Shown here: positions 13,170 to 27,310 of the stretch, piece by piece
Position numbering within the stretch: the first letter of the stretch is position 1
Layout: each line of letters begins with the position of its first letter
DNA from: Octopus vulgaris
Taxonomy: Eukaryota
NCBI GenBank assembly: GCA_951406725.2
Contig: OX597820.1
Location: 86,986,001-87,050,000 of the forward strand
Length of the DNA stretch: 64,000 nt
Direction: 5' to 3'
Notes under the pieces: generated by a model
Databases searched by the model: none
What the model saw: the letters and a program-made list of their open reading frames with translations, nothing else
Told to the model about the DNA's origin: nothing
Position numbers and translations under genes: made by a program

Positions 13170-13535
13170 TAGGCATGATTGTGTGATTAAGAAGCTCGCC
13201 TTGAAACTACATGGTTTTGGGTTCAATCCTACCGCGTAGCACCTTAGGCGATGGTCTTCTATTCTAGCCAATGCTTTGTGAGTGAATGAGATAGAGAGAA
13301 ACTGTATGGAAACCCGTTTCCTTGTGTGTGTGTGTGTGTCTATGTTTGCTACTCCCATCGCTTCGCTTGACAACCAGTGTTGGTATGTTTACGTCCCCGT
13401 AACTTAGTGGTCCGGCAAAAGAGACTGATGGAGTAAAAAAAAGTGCGCTGAGTCGAATTGTTCGTCTAAAACCCTCAAGGTGGTGCTTCAGCATGGTCGC
13501 CGTCCAGTGACTGAAACAAGCAAAAGATATAGAAG
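13170..13535 (+). mobile_element. tRNA-derived SINE (family C) with internal (TA/TG)n
   Basis: GGTTCA.TCC B box, CCCCGTAACTTAG.GG body and CAGCATGG.CGC.GTC...TGACTGAAACAAG tail. Copies at about 25395-25965, 42480-42870 and 56243-57070. Confidence 0.8.
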
Positions 13536-13985
13536 ATACCCTTCATAGAACCTCATCAAACACTTTTTGGAGGATTACTTTTCTCTTTCGTGTTTTCGCA
13601 AAGCATTAACATTGGTTTCTAAGTTTTGGCACGAAATCAGTAATTTTGGGGATGGGGCTAGTTGATTATGTCAGCTCCAGTGTTCGACTGGTACTTAATT
13701 TATCGACTCTGAGAGGATGAAAGGCAAAGTCGACCGTCCGCTGCAGAATTTGAATCCCTCAAAATGTAAAGACGGACGAAACGCCGCGAAGCCTTTTGCC
13801 CAGCGTGCTAACGATTCTGCCAGCTCGCCGCCTTGTTAAGAACTGCTATTATAGAGTACATGAACGAGTCAGCCTTACTTAACTCACAATCTCTGCAGTC
13901 AAAGAATATTTGGAAAGTGTCTTGGACACTGTACAGTAGAAGCTCTGCTAAATATATATTTCCAGAATAGTATTTCTTATACAAA

Positions 13986-13991
13986 TTTATT
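13986..13991 (-). terminator. Candidate polyadenylation signal of the elevenin transcript
   Basis: AATAAA on the minus strand about 175 nt after the predicted stop. Confidence 0.35.
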
Positions 13992-14125
13992 TAAACACAT
14001 GTAAACTAAGCAACACCTCTTTACGTTGTCAGGAGAATGCGAAGTTGAGCAGAGAGGGATACAGACAAAGGATGACAATCTTTGAAAATTTGAGACACAT
14101 TTAGCCAATATCGATTCTGCTATAA

Positions 14126-14164
<39 letters not shown>

Positions 14165-14169
<5 letters not shown>

Positions 14170-14181
14170 TTCTCTCTCTCC

Positions 14182-14227
<46 letters not shown>

Positions 14228-14272
14228 TCTCTCACTTTCTCTCACACACACACCATCTGGTTCTCTCTCGAC
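14165..14272 (-). CDS. elevenin: Probable terminal coding exon of elevenin precursor
   Basis: Acceptor ttatttcttgcag, phase 0. Reads VEREPDGVCVRESERREREIERERERERERGRERK*, running into a (GA)n repeat. AATAAA on the minus strand at 13991-13986. The four exons total 420 nt (139 aa plus stop). Confidence 0.55.
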
Positions 14273-15375
14273 CTGCAAGAAATAACCATTAAATAACGGT
14301 GTTGAAAGTTGAAGGACACTAGATAATGCAGTCAATGTCCGAGCAAAAGACAAAAAGATTTACAGCTGGAAATTCTTTAACCATAGTCTTACTGGATCAG
14401 GTAACGATACATGAAGGTCATGTGCTCTCCATATTAAAGTTACGAATAAAAAAATGGAATAAATTTCTTTCTCGAGTCATACCAACTCATGAGAACCGAT
14501 TTCCCGGTTTCCATGGCGTATATGTTCCCCACCTGGACGGGATGCCGGTCCATCGCAGGATTACTCATTTTTGCCATCTGAGTCGTTCGGTCGTTCGGTC
14601 GAGGAATCGAAACTACAATCTTACGATCATGAGTCCAACACCCTAACCACTAAGCCACGTGCCCCCAAGGTTACGGGTGTTATGGACTAGTCCTTAGGTG
14701 TTATATGGAAAGGTGATATGTACGCCGGACTTCCTTAACACAAGTATATTTATAATAATGTGACTGTTTAGAATATGAACTTCTAATAATATCTTCATTG
14801 ATTGCCCGATGCACTTTCGACTGGATACAAATAGATACTCATTCAAATAGAAACAAATCGATACACGTTCAAATAAATACAGCTAGATGTTCATTCAAAG
14901 CTATTATCTACACTTCTTAAGTAATTAATCTGCCATTTAAACGTTGGTGTGACTGTTTATAGTTGTTGGCATAGAGAAGCAAGATTCACTGGTATACAGG
15001 GTAAAATAGTATCAGTAAATGTCACAGATATACAGTGCAAAATAGTAAAATATATCAGTGAGTATAAGTGATATACAAAGTAAAACAGTATCGTAAATGC
15101 ACGACGAAAGAGGTCGATGTGTATCACATACGTTCTTTTTTTCATTTGGACAATTTTTATCGATTCGGAAGGACGAAAGTGAAGTAGATTCGAGTAAGAT
15201 TTGAACACCAAACGTAAAACCCGTGAACGGTTAGCAAAAGGTATTGTCTTTTTTGTTCAACGCTCTCTCGATTCTGGCATCCACCCCGCAATAATGGAGT
15301 CTGCGCGTCTTAAAAAGTGAATCAGATGCGATTGCTGACGAAGAAAAGCAAAGTAAAGTGAGTGAAAAAGCATAC

Positions 15376-15484
15376 CTCATCTGAATAACTTCTGGTGTTA
15401 TAGTACGGGTCCCTGCCTTCTCCTTTGGAGAGGAGGTAATTAAGTAAGACATCTCGATCGCTGTGTTCAGAATTGCCAACATCT
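15376..15484 (-). CDS. elevenin: Elevenin precursor, coding exon 3 (C-terminal associated peptide)
   Basis: Long polypyrimidine tract ending ttctag and donor GAG|GTATGC. 109 nt, phase 2-0, compatible with exon 2. Reads DVGNSEHSDRDVLLNYLLSKGEGRDPYYNTRSYSDE. Confidence 0.78.
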
Positions 15485-15739
15485 CTAGAAATTTAGAAAA
15501 GAAAGAAAAGTAAAAAAAAAGAAAAACAAAGAAAAAATATATTACTGATCAAAGGAAATCTTGTTATAATAAAATAAAGATAATCAATTTAATAATAAAA
15601 ATATTACATTAATCCTCGGTAATTTATTTCTGTTTCTGTAGTGTTCAGTCAATGACAGAGAAAATAACCTTTCACATTGTAAAGTATGCGAAATTATCCC
15701 TGGGAACTTCCCTAGAAATCTTGGTGTCAGTTAATTTCA

Positions 15740-16440
15740 ACGATATACCCTCCAGCCTTCATCATGTGTCTTGGGGAAATTTCAAACCTGGGTTCTCATT
15801 CCTCAGGTATTTTTCGATATTATTATTATTATTATTATTATTCAGGTCACTGCCTGGAAACGAACTCGGAATCATGGGGTTAGTAGTCCGCGCTCATAAC
15901 CACTACGTGGGCAATTATGGTGTGAATTTTAGGGCTTATAAATCTAATATTTTCCTATTCTTCCTTAATACCGCTTCCCATATGCTGCTCATATCTGCAC
16001 TCGGTCTGCTTAGGAGGTTGTTGTGTCTTAGCATATGTGCTGCTTTTAGTTTTCGTATTTTTCAGTGGTATTCTGTCTATTATTTTAACTTCCTTCCACA
16101 GAGGGAGCAGGTATCCATTTCTCCATATATGATCAGCTATACCTGATTTATCAATACTTCATCGTGTCACAGCTTTGCGATGTTCGTCTACCCTTATTTT
16201 GAGGGGCGGCATGTTTCGCCCTTGTATAACCTACCACAGCTGCATAGGATGGAATACACGCAGTTTTTGGTCATATTCTCTTCTATTGGTGGTTTTATTC
16301 GAAGGAGATATTTGCGAAGTGTTGTATTAGTCTTGAATACCGTCCTGATGTCAAATGTAAATAATGCTAATAATGTACATAATTCCTCATCTCTTAAATA
16401 TAGAACTGTATATGTATAGAAATATTAAATTTCTAAATAT
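15740..16440 (-). mobile_element. Penelope-like element 3' part: GIY-YIG endonuclease remnant plus terminal repeat
   Basis: Minus-strand reading FDIRTVFKTNTTLRKYLLRIKPPIEENMTKNCVYSILCSCGRLYKGETCRP/KIRVDEHRKAV...SGIADHIW, with frameshifts and a stop. The downstream non-coding part is shared with 43410-43750. Confidence 0.85.
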
Positions 16441-18115
16441 CTCAGAGAGATATAAGCAGTGGTGGTACGATAGAGCAGTTGTATACTGTTAACTTAACGT
16501 GACAGTCCCATAAAAGGAATCTCACCACCGCTATTTAGCCCTAGGAAGCATCAACGCTTCCTGTCGGCCTTGACACATTTCCTGTGTCTACATATTCTTT
16601 TATTCTTTTATTTGTTTCAATAATTTGACTGCGGCCACGCTGGAGCACCGCGTATAGTCGAGCAAATCGACACCCGGACATATTTTTTGTAAGGCTGCAT
16701 AGTCTGCGACTAAACCGGCACCCAACCAATCTTGTTTTGAAAAGTGGGGAATTTTGGGTCATTTGGGAAATGAAAAACAGAACCTGTGAAAAGTGGATGA
16801 ATTTAAATGTACCAAACAACGGCTTTCAAATAGTGTGTACAGATGCATATATGTACATTTACATATACACATACGAAAGAAAGACACTCACTTTAACTCT
16901 ATTGTGCTTGTAGTCTCTGACCTAACTTCAAATATTTATAGAGTAGCACTCGTGTTACACAGGCGTTTATCATAATAACTTAGATGTACGGTACTTTTAG
17001 TGTTTTTTCTCAAGCGTAAGTGTGACCCGGGCTTCTTGAATCTATAAATATTCGACAGACCTTGTGTTACCGCTAGCAGGCTGTATATCATGCACGTCTG
17101 TGACAATGAAATAGTGTCACTACCATGTTTTTCTCGTCATTTGAGAGAGCATGGAAGTGTAGTGTGGGGGGAAGAAGTCGCGGTTCTCTTGTTCAAGTAA
17201 CGTCGGCGTCTATTAGTCTTAGTTTTATCATATATATGTATGTCTTTGTTATAAGAAAGTCCAAGACAAGGAAGGTCTGCATATGTAATTTTTGCGCAAA
17301 ACATGCCATACTCGATAACGAACTGACAGGTCTGTTTTGATCCGGGGTATTAGTACCTGTTAGGGATCCAGTTATGGATTAGTTATCGTGTGAACTACCG
17401 TGAGTGAAGAACCATTAGTTCTCGTTAGAACTTCCTTCAGGTGCCTATGTAGTCACAAGTAGATATATACACCATCTTAATCCTCTCATCCTGTGCCCGA
17501 CAGAATATCGAGGAAATGACAACCATAACAAGAAAGAGCTGCACCAGCAGTTGACTGGTATGCATCTCCAGTTGAGCTGATTAAAATAATCTGAAATGAA
17601 GTGTCTAGCTTCGTGGCACAACGCATCGCCGAGGCCCATTGATCGAACTCACGACCTCACAATCATGAGCCCTACGCTCTAACCACTCGGCCACAATTTC
17701 TAACCATGAGTTTTTCAGCTGATCAAACAACTGGACCATCAAGAACATTGAATTAGCGTATAAATGGCCGAATATTCCACAGCCATGTCAACCTTTACAT
17801 GATTTTCCGAGCGGAAACAGCATGACGTTGTGAGAAGGCTGGACCATTGAATTACTGGTATGATGTAGCCGGCTGACGGGCTTCTACGCAGTTTCGATCC
17901 ACTCCATTTCACTCACACGCTGAGGATCGACCCCTGGCAATAGCAAAAACGCTTGAATTAGATGCCGCACAGTGGAATCGAACCATGGGCCTTGCAATTG
18001 AGGAGCAGGTTTTTTTAACCATGCACACTCATATATGTATATGTCATAGAAGTAGCAATTATTGACATGACTCACGGCATCACACGTTATGAAATATTGT
18101 TACCTCGGTCTAGAG

Positions 18116-18369
18116 CAGTGGTTCCCAGCCTTTTTCATGCTGCCTCTCACTGGTTCTAAGGCCAGGTTCCTAGTGCCTCTCACCACCAGCACCACTCACC
18201 ATCACATACATAGATCATTTTCTGCAGCAAATTCAGAAATAAAACTTAACCCAATTAACCCATTTTTTTTTTTTTTAGCATCCATTGTCCCGTTTTGGTC
18301 ACCCTATTATCACCTCAGTTTTCTTCAATGCCCCCTGGATCTTTTCACCGCCCACTTTGGGAACCACTG
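18116..18369. mobile_element. hAT (Charlie/Buster-type) MITE
   Basis: TIR CAGTGGTTCCCA/TGGGAACCACTG with a perfect 8-bp TSD GTCTAGAG at 18108-18115 and 18370-18377. Confidence 0.9.
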
Positions 18370-19514
18370 GTCTAGAGACATAGCTACCTATTGTAGTGGG
18401 CGGGGACTTCTATTCCGTTTAACTCCACACATGCAAATAATTTGTACTTATTTCACAAACCTTACAGAGATGAAAGGCAAATTCAATGCCAGTAGGTTTT
18501 GGACTTAAATCACAGAAGAATGAAATTCTTACAAAGTCTTAACCAAATATTTGCCAAGTCACTGTGACAAAATCAATGAATTAAAATCGGAAAACTGAGA
18601 CGTTCATGTCTTCCAAGAAAGCATTGGCAGACTAAGTGAAAGGAAAACGTTTCATCCAGAGTGTGAAAATTTCATAGTTTCTGCTAGCTGAGATCATTGC
18701 TCTTGTTATGCGTTGCTTGCTTCACTGACTTAACGTGATCATTATTACTTAAAGGGATCTTTATGTCTTTGCTGTGTTAGTATGTTTCTCTTTGGATAAT
18801 TTGTGCAGTGTGTTGAGAGCAGTCGGGAGTATGTAATCAATGAATCGCATTTAAATATTACAAGCAAACAAGATGAACTGAATAAGTCTGTAGGTCCCAT
18901 CCAGTATTCGATTAAATAACCTTCGAGAACAACACGGACATTTGTCAGCTCGTGTTTGTTAGGAATATAGATAAAACGCTAGGTTCTTCTAATAAATGCA
19001 TCAAATCTAGCTAATAGTTTATCTAATTTGAAAACGTCAATAAACGGTTGTAATCAAATATTACAACAAAATACGATTAATCTCACATAGGCTAATCTCT
19101 TTGTTACTCAAGCAGACACGAAGCAGCGAAGAGAAGATGAAAAAAATAATACCGCCCCCGTATAATAAACAAGTGTCTTGTTGTTAAATTAGGATTGGAT
19201 GAAATAGACTCAGGAAACTTTATATACTCTACTAAGATTCAAAAAATCGAACATTAAGCTTTATATATGGAATTTTTCTTTAAAACACGAGGCAATAAAT
19301 TATGAACAAGAAATGATAATGAGGGAATATTCCACTGTCTATGTTTTATTTATACATAATCCTATTTTCTGATTTTTTTATGTGATGTTTTAGTTACGCA
19401 TAAAAAAATTCATTCCATTAAGAAGCAATAAGAAAATGATAGGCGGTAGCTAGGTATTACTGTGTATGGATGTAAGTGTGCATGTGTGCGTAAGTGTGTG
19501 CATGTATGTGTGTA

Positions 19515-19589
<75 letters not shown>

Positions 19590-20368
19590 ACGTGTGTGTG
19601 TATGGTGTGTATGTAGGACATTATAGGGGAAGTACGTCAGGATTTATTAGTTTTGTGCAGTGGTAGAGGAAAATGAAATATTTTGTGAGTTGAAGAAATC
19701 TATGGAAACCTACAAGTGTCATTATGTGTAAAATAAAACAAGTTTTATATTGATCTCTAGCATTGATACAAGGACAAGCGTTTGTTGCAGAAGGGCATTG
19801 TTGATGGAAATATTCAATCTCGGTTACTTATTTTACAGACAGAAGAGGTATGAAGTTGAGAAACAGTCGATTATTTCGGTACTTAAGCTCTTAATGTAAA
19901 GGGAAGAACATATATAGTATAAGGTACTTCACTGCTTCTTTTTATTTTATTTTATTTTATTTTATTTTTTGTTTTTGCTTTAATGGTTTAGTAAGAAGGA
20001 CATGAAGTGGTTCCATGATATGCACAGGACCTCCTAAACTGGCCAGACTAATGTAGGTAATGTTCAGTTTAGAAAGCAGACAGTCGATGAGAGGAGAATT
20101 CTAGAGTGTTGACACATTAGGAAAGGATTGGATTGGGCAATGCTGAGTGTGGGGCTTGCGGATGGAGACTAAAGACTGATATGAGTGATGTGAGGAGAGA
20201 TATAAGGGTGATGGGTAGTTTTGGGTGGTGGTAGTATGTAACTAGTTAGTTTCGAGGATCCGGAGCCATTGTAATAGTTGCAAAAAAAAATAGAAAAGAA
20301 AAAATACAACGCATTTGAAGACTTAGTTACATAAAATATAGGTTGAAACTTGTTGCGTTTTGATAGCA

Positions 20369-20648
20369 GCCTTCCATATCAGAGATGGGGAATAGGAAAT
20401 TGTCGTGAAAGCATTCCAGCCATGACCAACTCGTCTTTGTTCTAGGCTAGTATTTCTCGGACTACAAGTCTATCGAATGCGTCCTTGTATTTATTTTAGG
20501 AGATTCTCGGCCTTCCATATCAGAGGTGGGGAATGGGAAATTGTTATGAAAGCATTCCAGCCATGACCAACTCGTCTTTTTTCTAGGCTTGTATTTCTCG
20601 AACTACAAGTCTATCAAATGCGTCCTTGTATTTATTTTAGGAGACTCT
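20369..20648. repeat. Local tandem duplication, 141-bp period
   Basis: GCCTTCCATATCAGAG... begins at 20369 and again at 20510, with few substitutions. Confidence 0.9.
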
Positions 20649-21377
20649 CATGTAACGACCACATAGATACCGACTCATTAGTTCATGTGTAAATCTATGA
20701 TCAAAGACACTCCTACCATGACTATCTAGTTTTTTTTTTGTTGGCCAGTATATTCACAACTGCATCGTTATCCAGTTCGTTCTTGTTTACACTGTATAGC
20801 GTGATGAAAAGGATCATTTGTTGCTTTTTCTAACAGGTCGAATGATTGTGCAGAAGTTCCTTCATTGGCAATATGGAATGTCATACAGGTATAACACTGA
20901 CTTTCCGGACACTGAAGGCTTATAATCCGTACTAATTTGTAAGCAACAACTCCTGCGACCGCAAGGCCACTTTACAGATACTTTGGCACAGACTAGTACC
21001 TTGCACACAACAGTATAAATAAACTTGTATCATTTATACTAATATACAAGTATCGAACAGACTACGACAGGCATTTAGAACCAGTATTAGTTATAGAATT
21101 GTCGTATCAGAAAAGGAACAGCATAGCATACTTGTTTACCTAGAATATCTGTAATAGTGTTTAACTAAACTAATTCGAGTAGGGAACAAAACGATAAAGA
21201 TGATTAACAAACAAATTTTGTTAACTGAACTGGTATAATCGGAAGTCTTAACCAATGGACACAGTAACAAATTTATTGTCCAAGTTGTCCATTCCTTATT
21301 TCTGGTTAAGAGCTCCAGAGATTTAATAAAAAATCTCATTGGTTGCTGATTATTATTTCCTTCAAGTTGTAGTCCAA

Positions 21378-21409
<32 letters not shown>

Positions 21410-24400
21410 TATATACATGTATATATACATGCTTCAGTGGCTTCACACATTATATACATGTATATATACATGCTTCAGTGGAACAAAATTCAATTTTTAC
21501 TCATCTCTAGGCTGTCACATTGTTCTTCTCATCGTTGTTGTCATCATGATTCACACAACAACGACAATGATAGGTATGTATGTCTCATACTCTTCCAGGG
21601 CCTCGCTAGTCACATTCTTCAAGTGGAAATGGTTGTCTTGAGGATACTTAATACAGTGAGTTTTTCTCCAATGTCCTTCTTCACAGAACAGCAAAGCAGA
21701 TTCTGAAGAAGGTAGCAATCGACCCCAGTATTTGATGCGTATTTTATTTTATCGATCCCAGAAGGATGAAAAACTAAGATTATCATCTGCCGGATTTGAA
21801 CTCAGAACGCAAACTAACTGAAATAAATGCAGCAAGGTAATTGTCCGATGCTCTAACGATTCTGCTCATGGACCACATTATCATTTCGACTACAGAAAAC
21901 AAAATCTTCAAAGAAAAACAGCCTCGGTTTTCCAACTCAAAAGCAGGTCATATTGGCTGTCAAATGATCTATGGTTCGCATTTTAGCTCTGGCTCTGAGT
22001 TATTACTGTGATAAATATATTTTACTCTAAATAAACCACAATATATAATGGTAGGAGTGACTGATCGATACCGACGACTGGTTAATCTATTTTATCGACC
22101 CCAGGGGTAATAAAGGCAAAATTACCCTCCGCAGGATTTAAACTCAGAACTTAGAGAGCCGACACAAATACCGCAAATTATTTAGACCCTTGCTCTAACG
22201 ATTCTGCAAATCCACCTTCCTATTGTAGTAGTAATAATTGTTTCTGATGTAGGTAATCGGCCAGCAGTTTGGGAAGAAGTGGTTAATCGATTAAAATCAA
22301 CTTCAGTTCTCGCCAGGTACTTATATATAGACCTCGATAAGATGGAAGGTAAATTTGATTTCGGACAGGTCTGAACCCAGAACATAAAGTGATAGAAGAA
22401 ATACTGCAAGGTATTTTGTCCGACGTTCTAACGATTCTGTCAATCCAACACCCTTTTTTGTTAGATGGTTTCAAATTTTGGTAGAGGGTGAGCAGTTTAT
22501 GAGAGAAAGGGAAAGTCGATTATATCGAGACTGGTACTTATTTCATCGACCCCGAAAGGATGAAAGGCAAAGTAGACCTCAGCAGAATTTGAGCTAGGGA
22601 CGTAGAGACAGACGAAATGCTGCCAAGCATTTTGTCCGGCGTGCTACTAGTTCTGCCAGCTCGCCGCCTTACCATTTTTAGTCATAATAATTCCCTCAGC
22701 CTAAACATTTAAATCTCACATAGTTTAGTCCATCTAACCGTAAATAGGTTTCATGCAAAATATTTAATTAATATTTAATTAATTAATGAATCTATCTTTC
22801 AATTTAATTCTCCGGATGTCTTCTGATAAGTTGTCTTTTTGTGACCTAATGCTTACCGATGCTACTCTTATTTCTTATCAGTTCATTTGTGCTTCAAGCA
22901 CAGAATTTTTGTTTTTGCATTAAACTCGAAAAAGAAGAACACGAAGAATTCAGAAGAAATAACGTAAAGGCATCTCGTCCGGCACCTTAGCAGTGCTGTT
23001 AATCCCCTGTCATAGATTGCTGCATTATTTGTCAATTCCTAAAAGAGAAAAGTCAAAGTTGTCCTCGACTGGATTTGAACTAAGAAGGGAGCCAGGACAA
23101 GGTTAAATTAGATATTAAAGTCAAGCCGTATGCATTAATGACGTAATCGGCTGATGCGTCTTATCAATAGACACTTGCTCTGGTGTGTTTTTGAGTTTTC
23201 CAACATTTTTCAAACCATGTATTATAATCACCACTACTTTCGACGGTAGACTCCATATGAATTCACAGCATTAATCTAAAATCTAGTAATTAATTTTGCA
23301 ACATAGCAAGTCTGTTATTTATGCGTTTATTCTACTTCCAGGTTAATTAAAAATATTTGAGAACATTGTACATTTCGAATTTGCTTTAAATTGGTTTTTC
23401 AACCACTACCGAATTAGTTGTTAAAATAGCAATCATGCTTAATCAATAGGTGATAGTTAACATATATTGCTTTCTGACACCCATAGAATAACAAGCCATT
23501 GACATTACTGACAGGCAAAGAAACATAATTGCGTTTATAGACGTTCGGGTCACAGAACAATAAAACAAAATTCTAGTGTAAAGCATAAATTTACAATTTC
23601 AGCAAATTTATAGTTACATCTGAAATATTAGTCTTTGCTATAAACAAAGTTGTTAAGATAAAAAGAATAAAACTTATTGAGCAGCCACAGGGAGCTCACA
23701 TTTTTTTTCTAGCGGTAGAGGATTCTCCGTCGGTCTCGACGATGAAGTAGGCATTACGCTGTTGCGAATTCTTACCCGAGAAATTAACGTGTATGATAAT
23801 GAGTTCCTCTAAAGTAATTCTCAGCACGAATCAGCATAGCACAGTGCAACAAGGCTGGCCTTTTGAATTACAGGTGCAGTCTAGAGAGAAAGCTAAGTAT
23901 CTATCCCAGCGCTGGTACTTTAGTTATCGACGGGAAAGGGATGTAAGGCAAAGTTGATTTCGGAGGGATTTCAATTCAAGGCGCAGAGACGGAACAAATA
24001 CCGTGCAGCTTTTTATCCGACATTCTTACGATTCTTCAATTAACCGCCTTCATAATTCTAGTTCACATGCTTAATTACTTCCCAATTAACTTGATCAGAA
24101 ATGTCAAAATGGATTTATGATATATGGCCACAGTGAACATTACAAAATGTAACTGCGTTATGTGGCATTTCATTTTAAACTCCACCAGTTATCTCTGGTT
24201 TCTGTTTCATGTAGCGGCTAGGATGCTCATCGAGAAGGGGCTCATATTTCTAAAGGAAGAGTTGAACTCAACACCTTAGATTTATAAATTTACATACGAG
24301 CTGATCTCGATTGACCTGCAAATAATAGCAGTCAAATTTCCCTCATATCACTCCACCTAGTCATAAAAAAGAGAAACCACATTGGATAATGAAGTTTTAG

Positions 24401-25523
24401 ATATACTGCTTGAGAATAAGATGAGATGGCCACAAGTAGAACGATTTTGATTATAGGCATGCATCTATCAGAGTTCACCTCGGGCTAAATGTCAACAACG
24501 ACAAATCTTTCTTTATTGCATTATGACAGTCTGTTCAATATTTTATTTTCGACGCTTTTCCCTCACACTTCACATCCATCTGGGATCGCTAAATTTACAA
24601 CAGAAGTTAATTTTACTGACTTCGTTTACACATTATTCCATGAGCAGTTGTGTAGAGACCCTATTGGTAAATGCCGACTATGCATTTACACACATAGATG
24701 CAGGCCAGAGTATGATGTTTGTGAGGAAGATTAGCAAAGGAAGGCTGCTGGTTCAGGCCGATACTGCTTAGCAACAGTTTACTGAAAGGATCACCTGCGT
24801 TGCTATGAGACTGCAAATAGCTGAAACAGATACTGTAAAATCACTTGACTCGACCCTCTAACAATTCCACTTATCCACTACCCTAGATTAATATGTTTTG
24901 TTTTGTTTTATCAACTTCTAACGGCTGCAAGGTAGAGGTTCGTGGCTTAGTGGTTAAGATGTTGCACTCATAAGCGTAAGAATGAGGTTTAGATTCCTGG
25001 ATCTAGAGATAGGTTGTATTTGAGCAAATCACTTCATTTTACGTTGATCCAGATCACTCAAATATAGGCTCATAAGGCTGGTTTCCAGGATTCTGTGGCA
25101 TAAATATTACCTCCCTGAACGGGTGGAAATGCATATGCGACAAGATAGGACCTTTGAAAGAATGAAAGACAAACCTGACTTTGGTGGGATTTAAACTCAG
25201 AGTGTGTAAAGTCAGAGTAAATGCCGTGAGGTATTCTACCTATCACTCTGACTCTGTCAGTTCACTAGCCAAGGCAATCCTAAATTGTTTGTTTGGGATT
25301 CATCCACTTGACACTGAACCAAAGAGCTTCGATGATTCTCAGAAAATATAAATTATTGATCATGTAATTCTATAAGTTATTGATGTAGGAATTCCTCGTA
25401 GTAAGAAGCTTGCTTATCAACCACATGGTTTCGGGTTCAGACCCAGTGCGCGGCAACTTCAGCATAAGTTTTCTACTATAGCGCAAGGCCGAGCAAAGCA
25501 TTGTAAGTGAAACTGAAAGAAAT

Positions 25524-25527
<4 letters not shown>

Positions 25528-25598
<71 letters not shown>

Positions 25599-25665
25599 AT
25601 GTGTGTGTGTGTGTGTGTGTGTATATATTTATATATATATATATAGATAGATAGATAGATATGTG

Positions 25666-25696
<31 letters not shown>

Positions 25697-26280
25697 GTGT
25701 ATGTATGTATGTATGTATGTATGTGTATGTGTGCGTGTGTATGTGTCTATGCGCGTATCTATATGTGTGTGTCTTGAGTTTGTCTCCTCCCGTCTGACAA
25801 CTAGTGTTGTTTGTTTGTTCCCCGTAACTTCGCGGTTCGGCTAAGGAAACCAATAGATTAAATACCAGGCTTATAAACAGGATCGATCTGTTCGACTAAA
25901 CCCCTCAAAGTAATGCCTCAGCATGGCCGCAGTCCAATGACGGAGGCAAGTAAAAGATAAGATACACTTGAAAGCAAATGGATCTTATTTCGGTTTCCCA
26001 AATTATATTCCAATTGCTGTATCAACCGAACTATCCAATTTTTGCACTATAGCATTACTAGCCGAGTATTCCAAAGACATCTGTACTATAAATGTAATCA
26101 GGTTATGCATTTAAATTACAGGTAGTGTGCTTCAGATGATATCAGCGTTGTTTCCGACAATTCACTTTCACTTAAACGAAGTCAGTTGATTTTGAGTCAA
26201 TGGCAGAAGACAACTGTTCAAGGTGCTCTACATATGCTGCGCAGCTTGGTTAGTCTCATATATATATATATATATATATG

Positions 26281-26348
<68 letters not shown>

Positions 26349-26363
26349 TACATACATATATAT

Positions 26364-26409
<46 letters not shown>

Positions 26410-26620
26410 AAAAAAAAGTCAAGATAGAAAATGCTAAAATAATTTTATAAAAACATTTCAATGCCGGTTTCAGTCATTGAGACATTTTCAACTGTAAGTA
26501 TGGAAGATAATTAAATTTGGGAAAAATTAAAAGAAAAGTTTTTAATAAGAATATTTTCATAGTGTTCAAATTCAAGTGACATTTTCCTTGTTTCTGTCTA
26601 TCTCTGTCTCTCTTGTTTAC

Positions 26621-26688
<68 letters not shown>

Positions 26689-26816
26689 TACATACATACA
26701 TACATACATACATACATACGTACATGATAAATACTATTAATATGCGAAACATGGTTCTATGTCCGGGTTACGTATATACATACATATATATGTATGTGTG
26801 TGTATGTATATATATG

Positions 26817-26879
<63 letters not shown>

Positions 26880-26920
26880 TATATGTATATATATATGTGT
26901 ATGTGTGTGTGTGCGCGTAT
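25528..26920. repeat. Cluster of (TA)n/(TG)n/(CATA)n microsatellites
   Basis: Blocks directly visible at about 25528-25775, 26258-26407, 26622-26722 and 26772-26920. Confidence 0.9.
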
Positions 26921-27310
26921 ATACAATACCGGACATAGAACCATGTCTTGCATAGTAATACTATTTATCATGAGGAAGGAAAGCAATACCTAAACTACTT
27001 GTATCTTTTATACAAGATATAGCTGACATAAAATCTGATTATCACAAATAGTAAACGAAGCGAAAATAAGAACCAACTGAAAATCCGTTATTGCAAATAC
27101 TGCCGTCCTTTGCACGTAAACTATCACACAATGTGCTCTACCGTCAAATTTGATATTTGAAACATCTAAAAATGATAATGGTTGTTCATTGGAACAAGTA
27201 AACTCAATGAAATACAGAACTTGATATCAGGTAGGAACGAAGAAGTGTGCAATACAAACAGACATGCACACCATCATGCATTCATACATACATGCATACA
27301 AACATGCAAA

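Noticed and set aside
15231-15482. Alternative frame of exon 3 (MLAILNTAIEMSYLITSS...)
   Set aside because: Not the frame delivered by the phase-2 junction from exon 2.
21591-21702. Minus-strand exon candidate SALLFCEEGHWRKTHCIKYPQDNHF...
   Set aside because: Starts in phase 1, incompatible with the phase-2 elevenin intron. The donor is weak and the acceptor abuts a SINE end.
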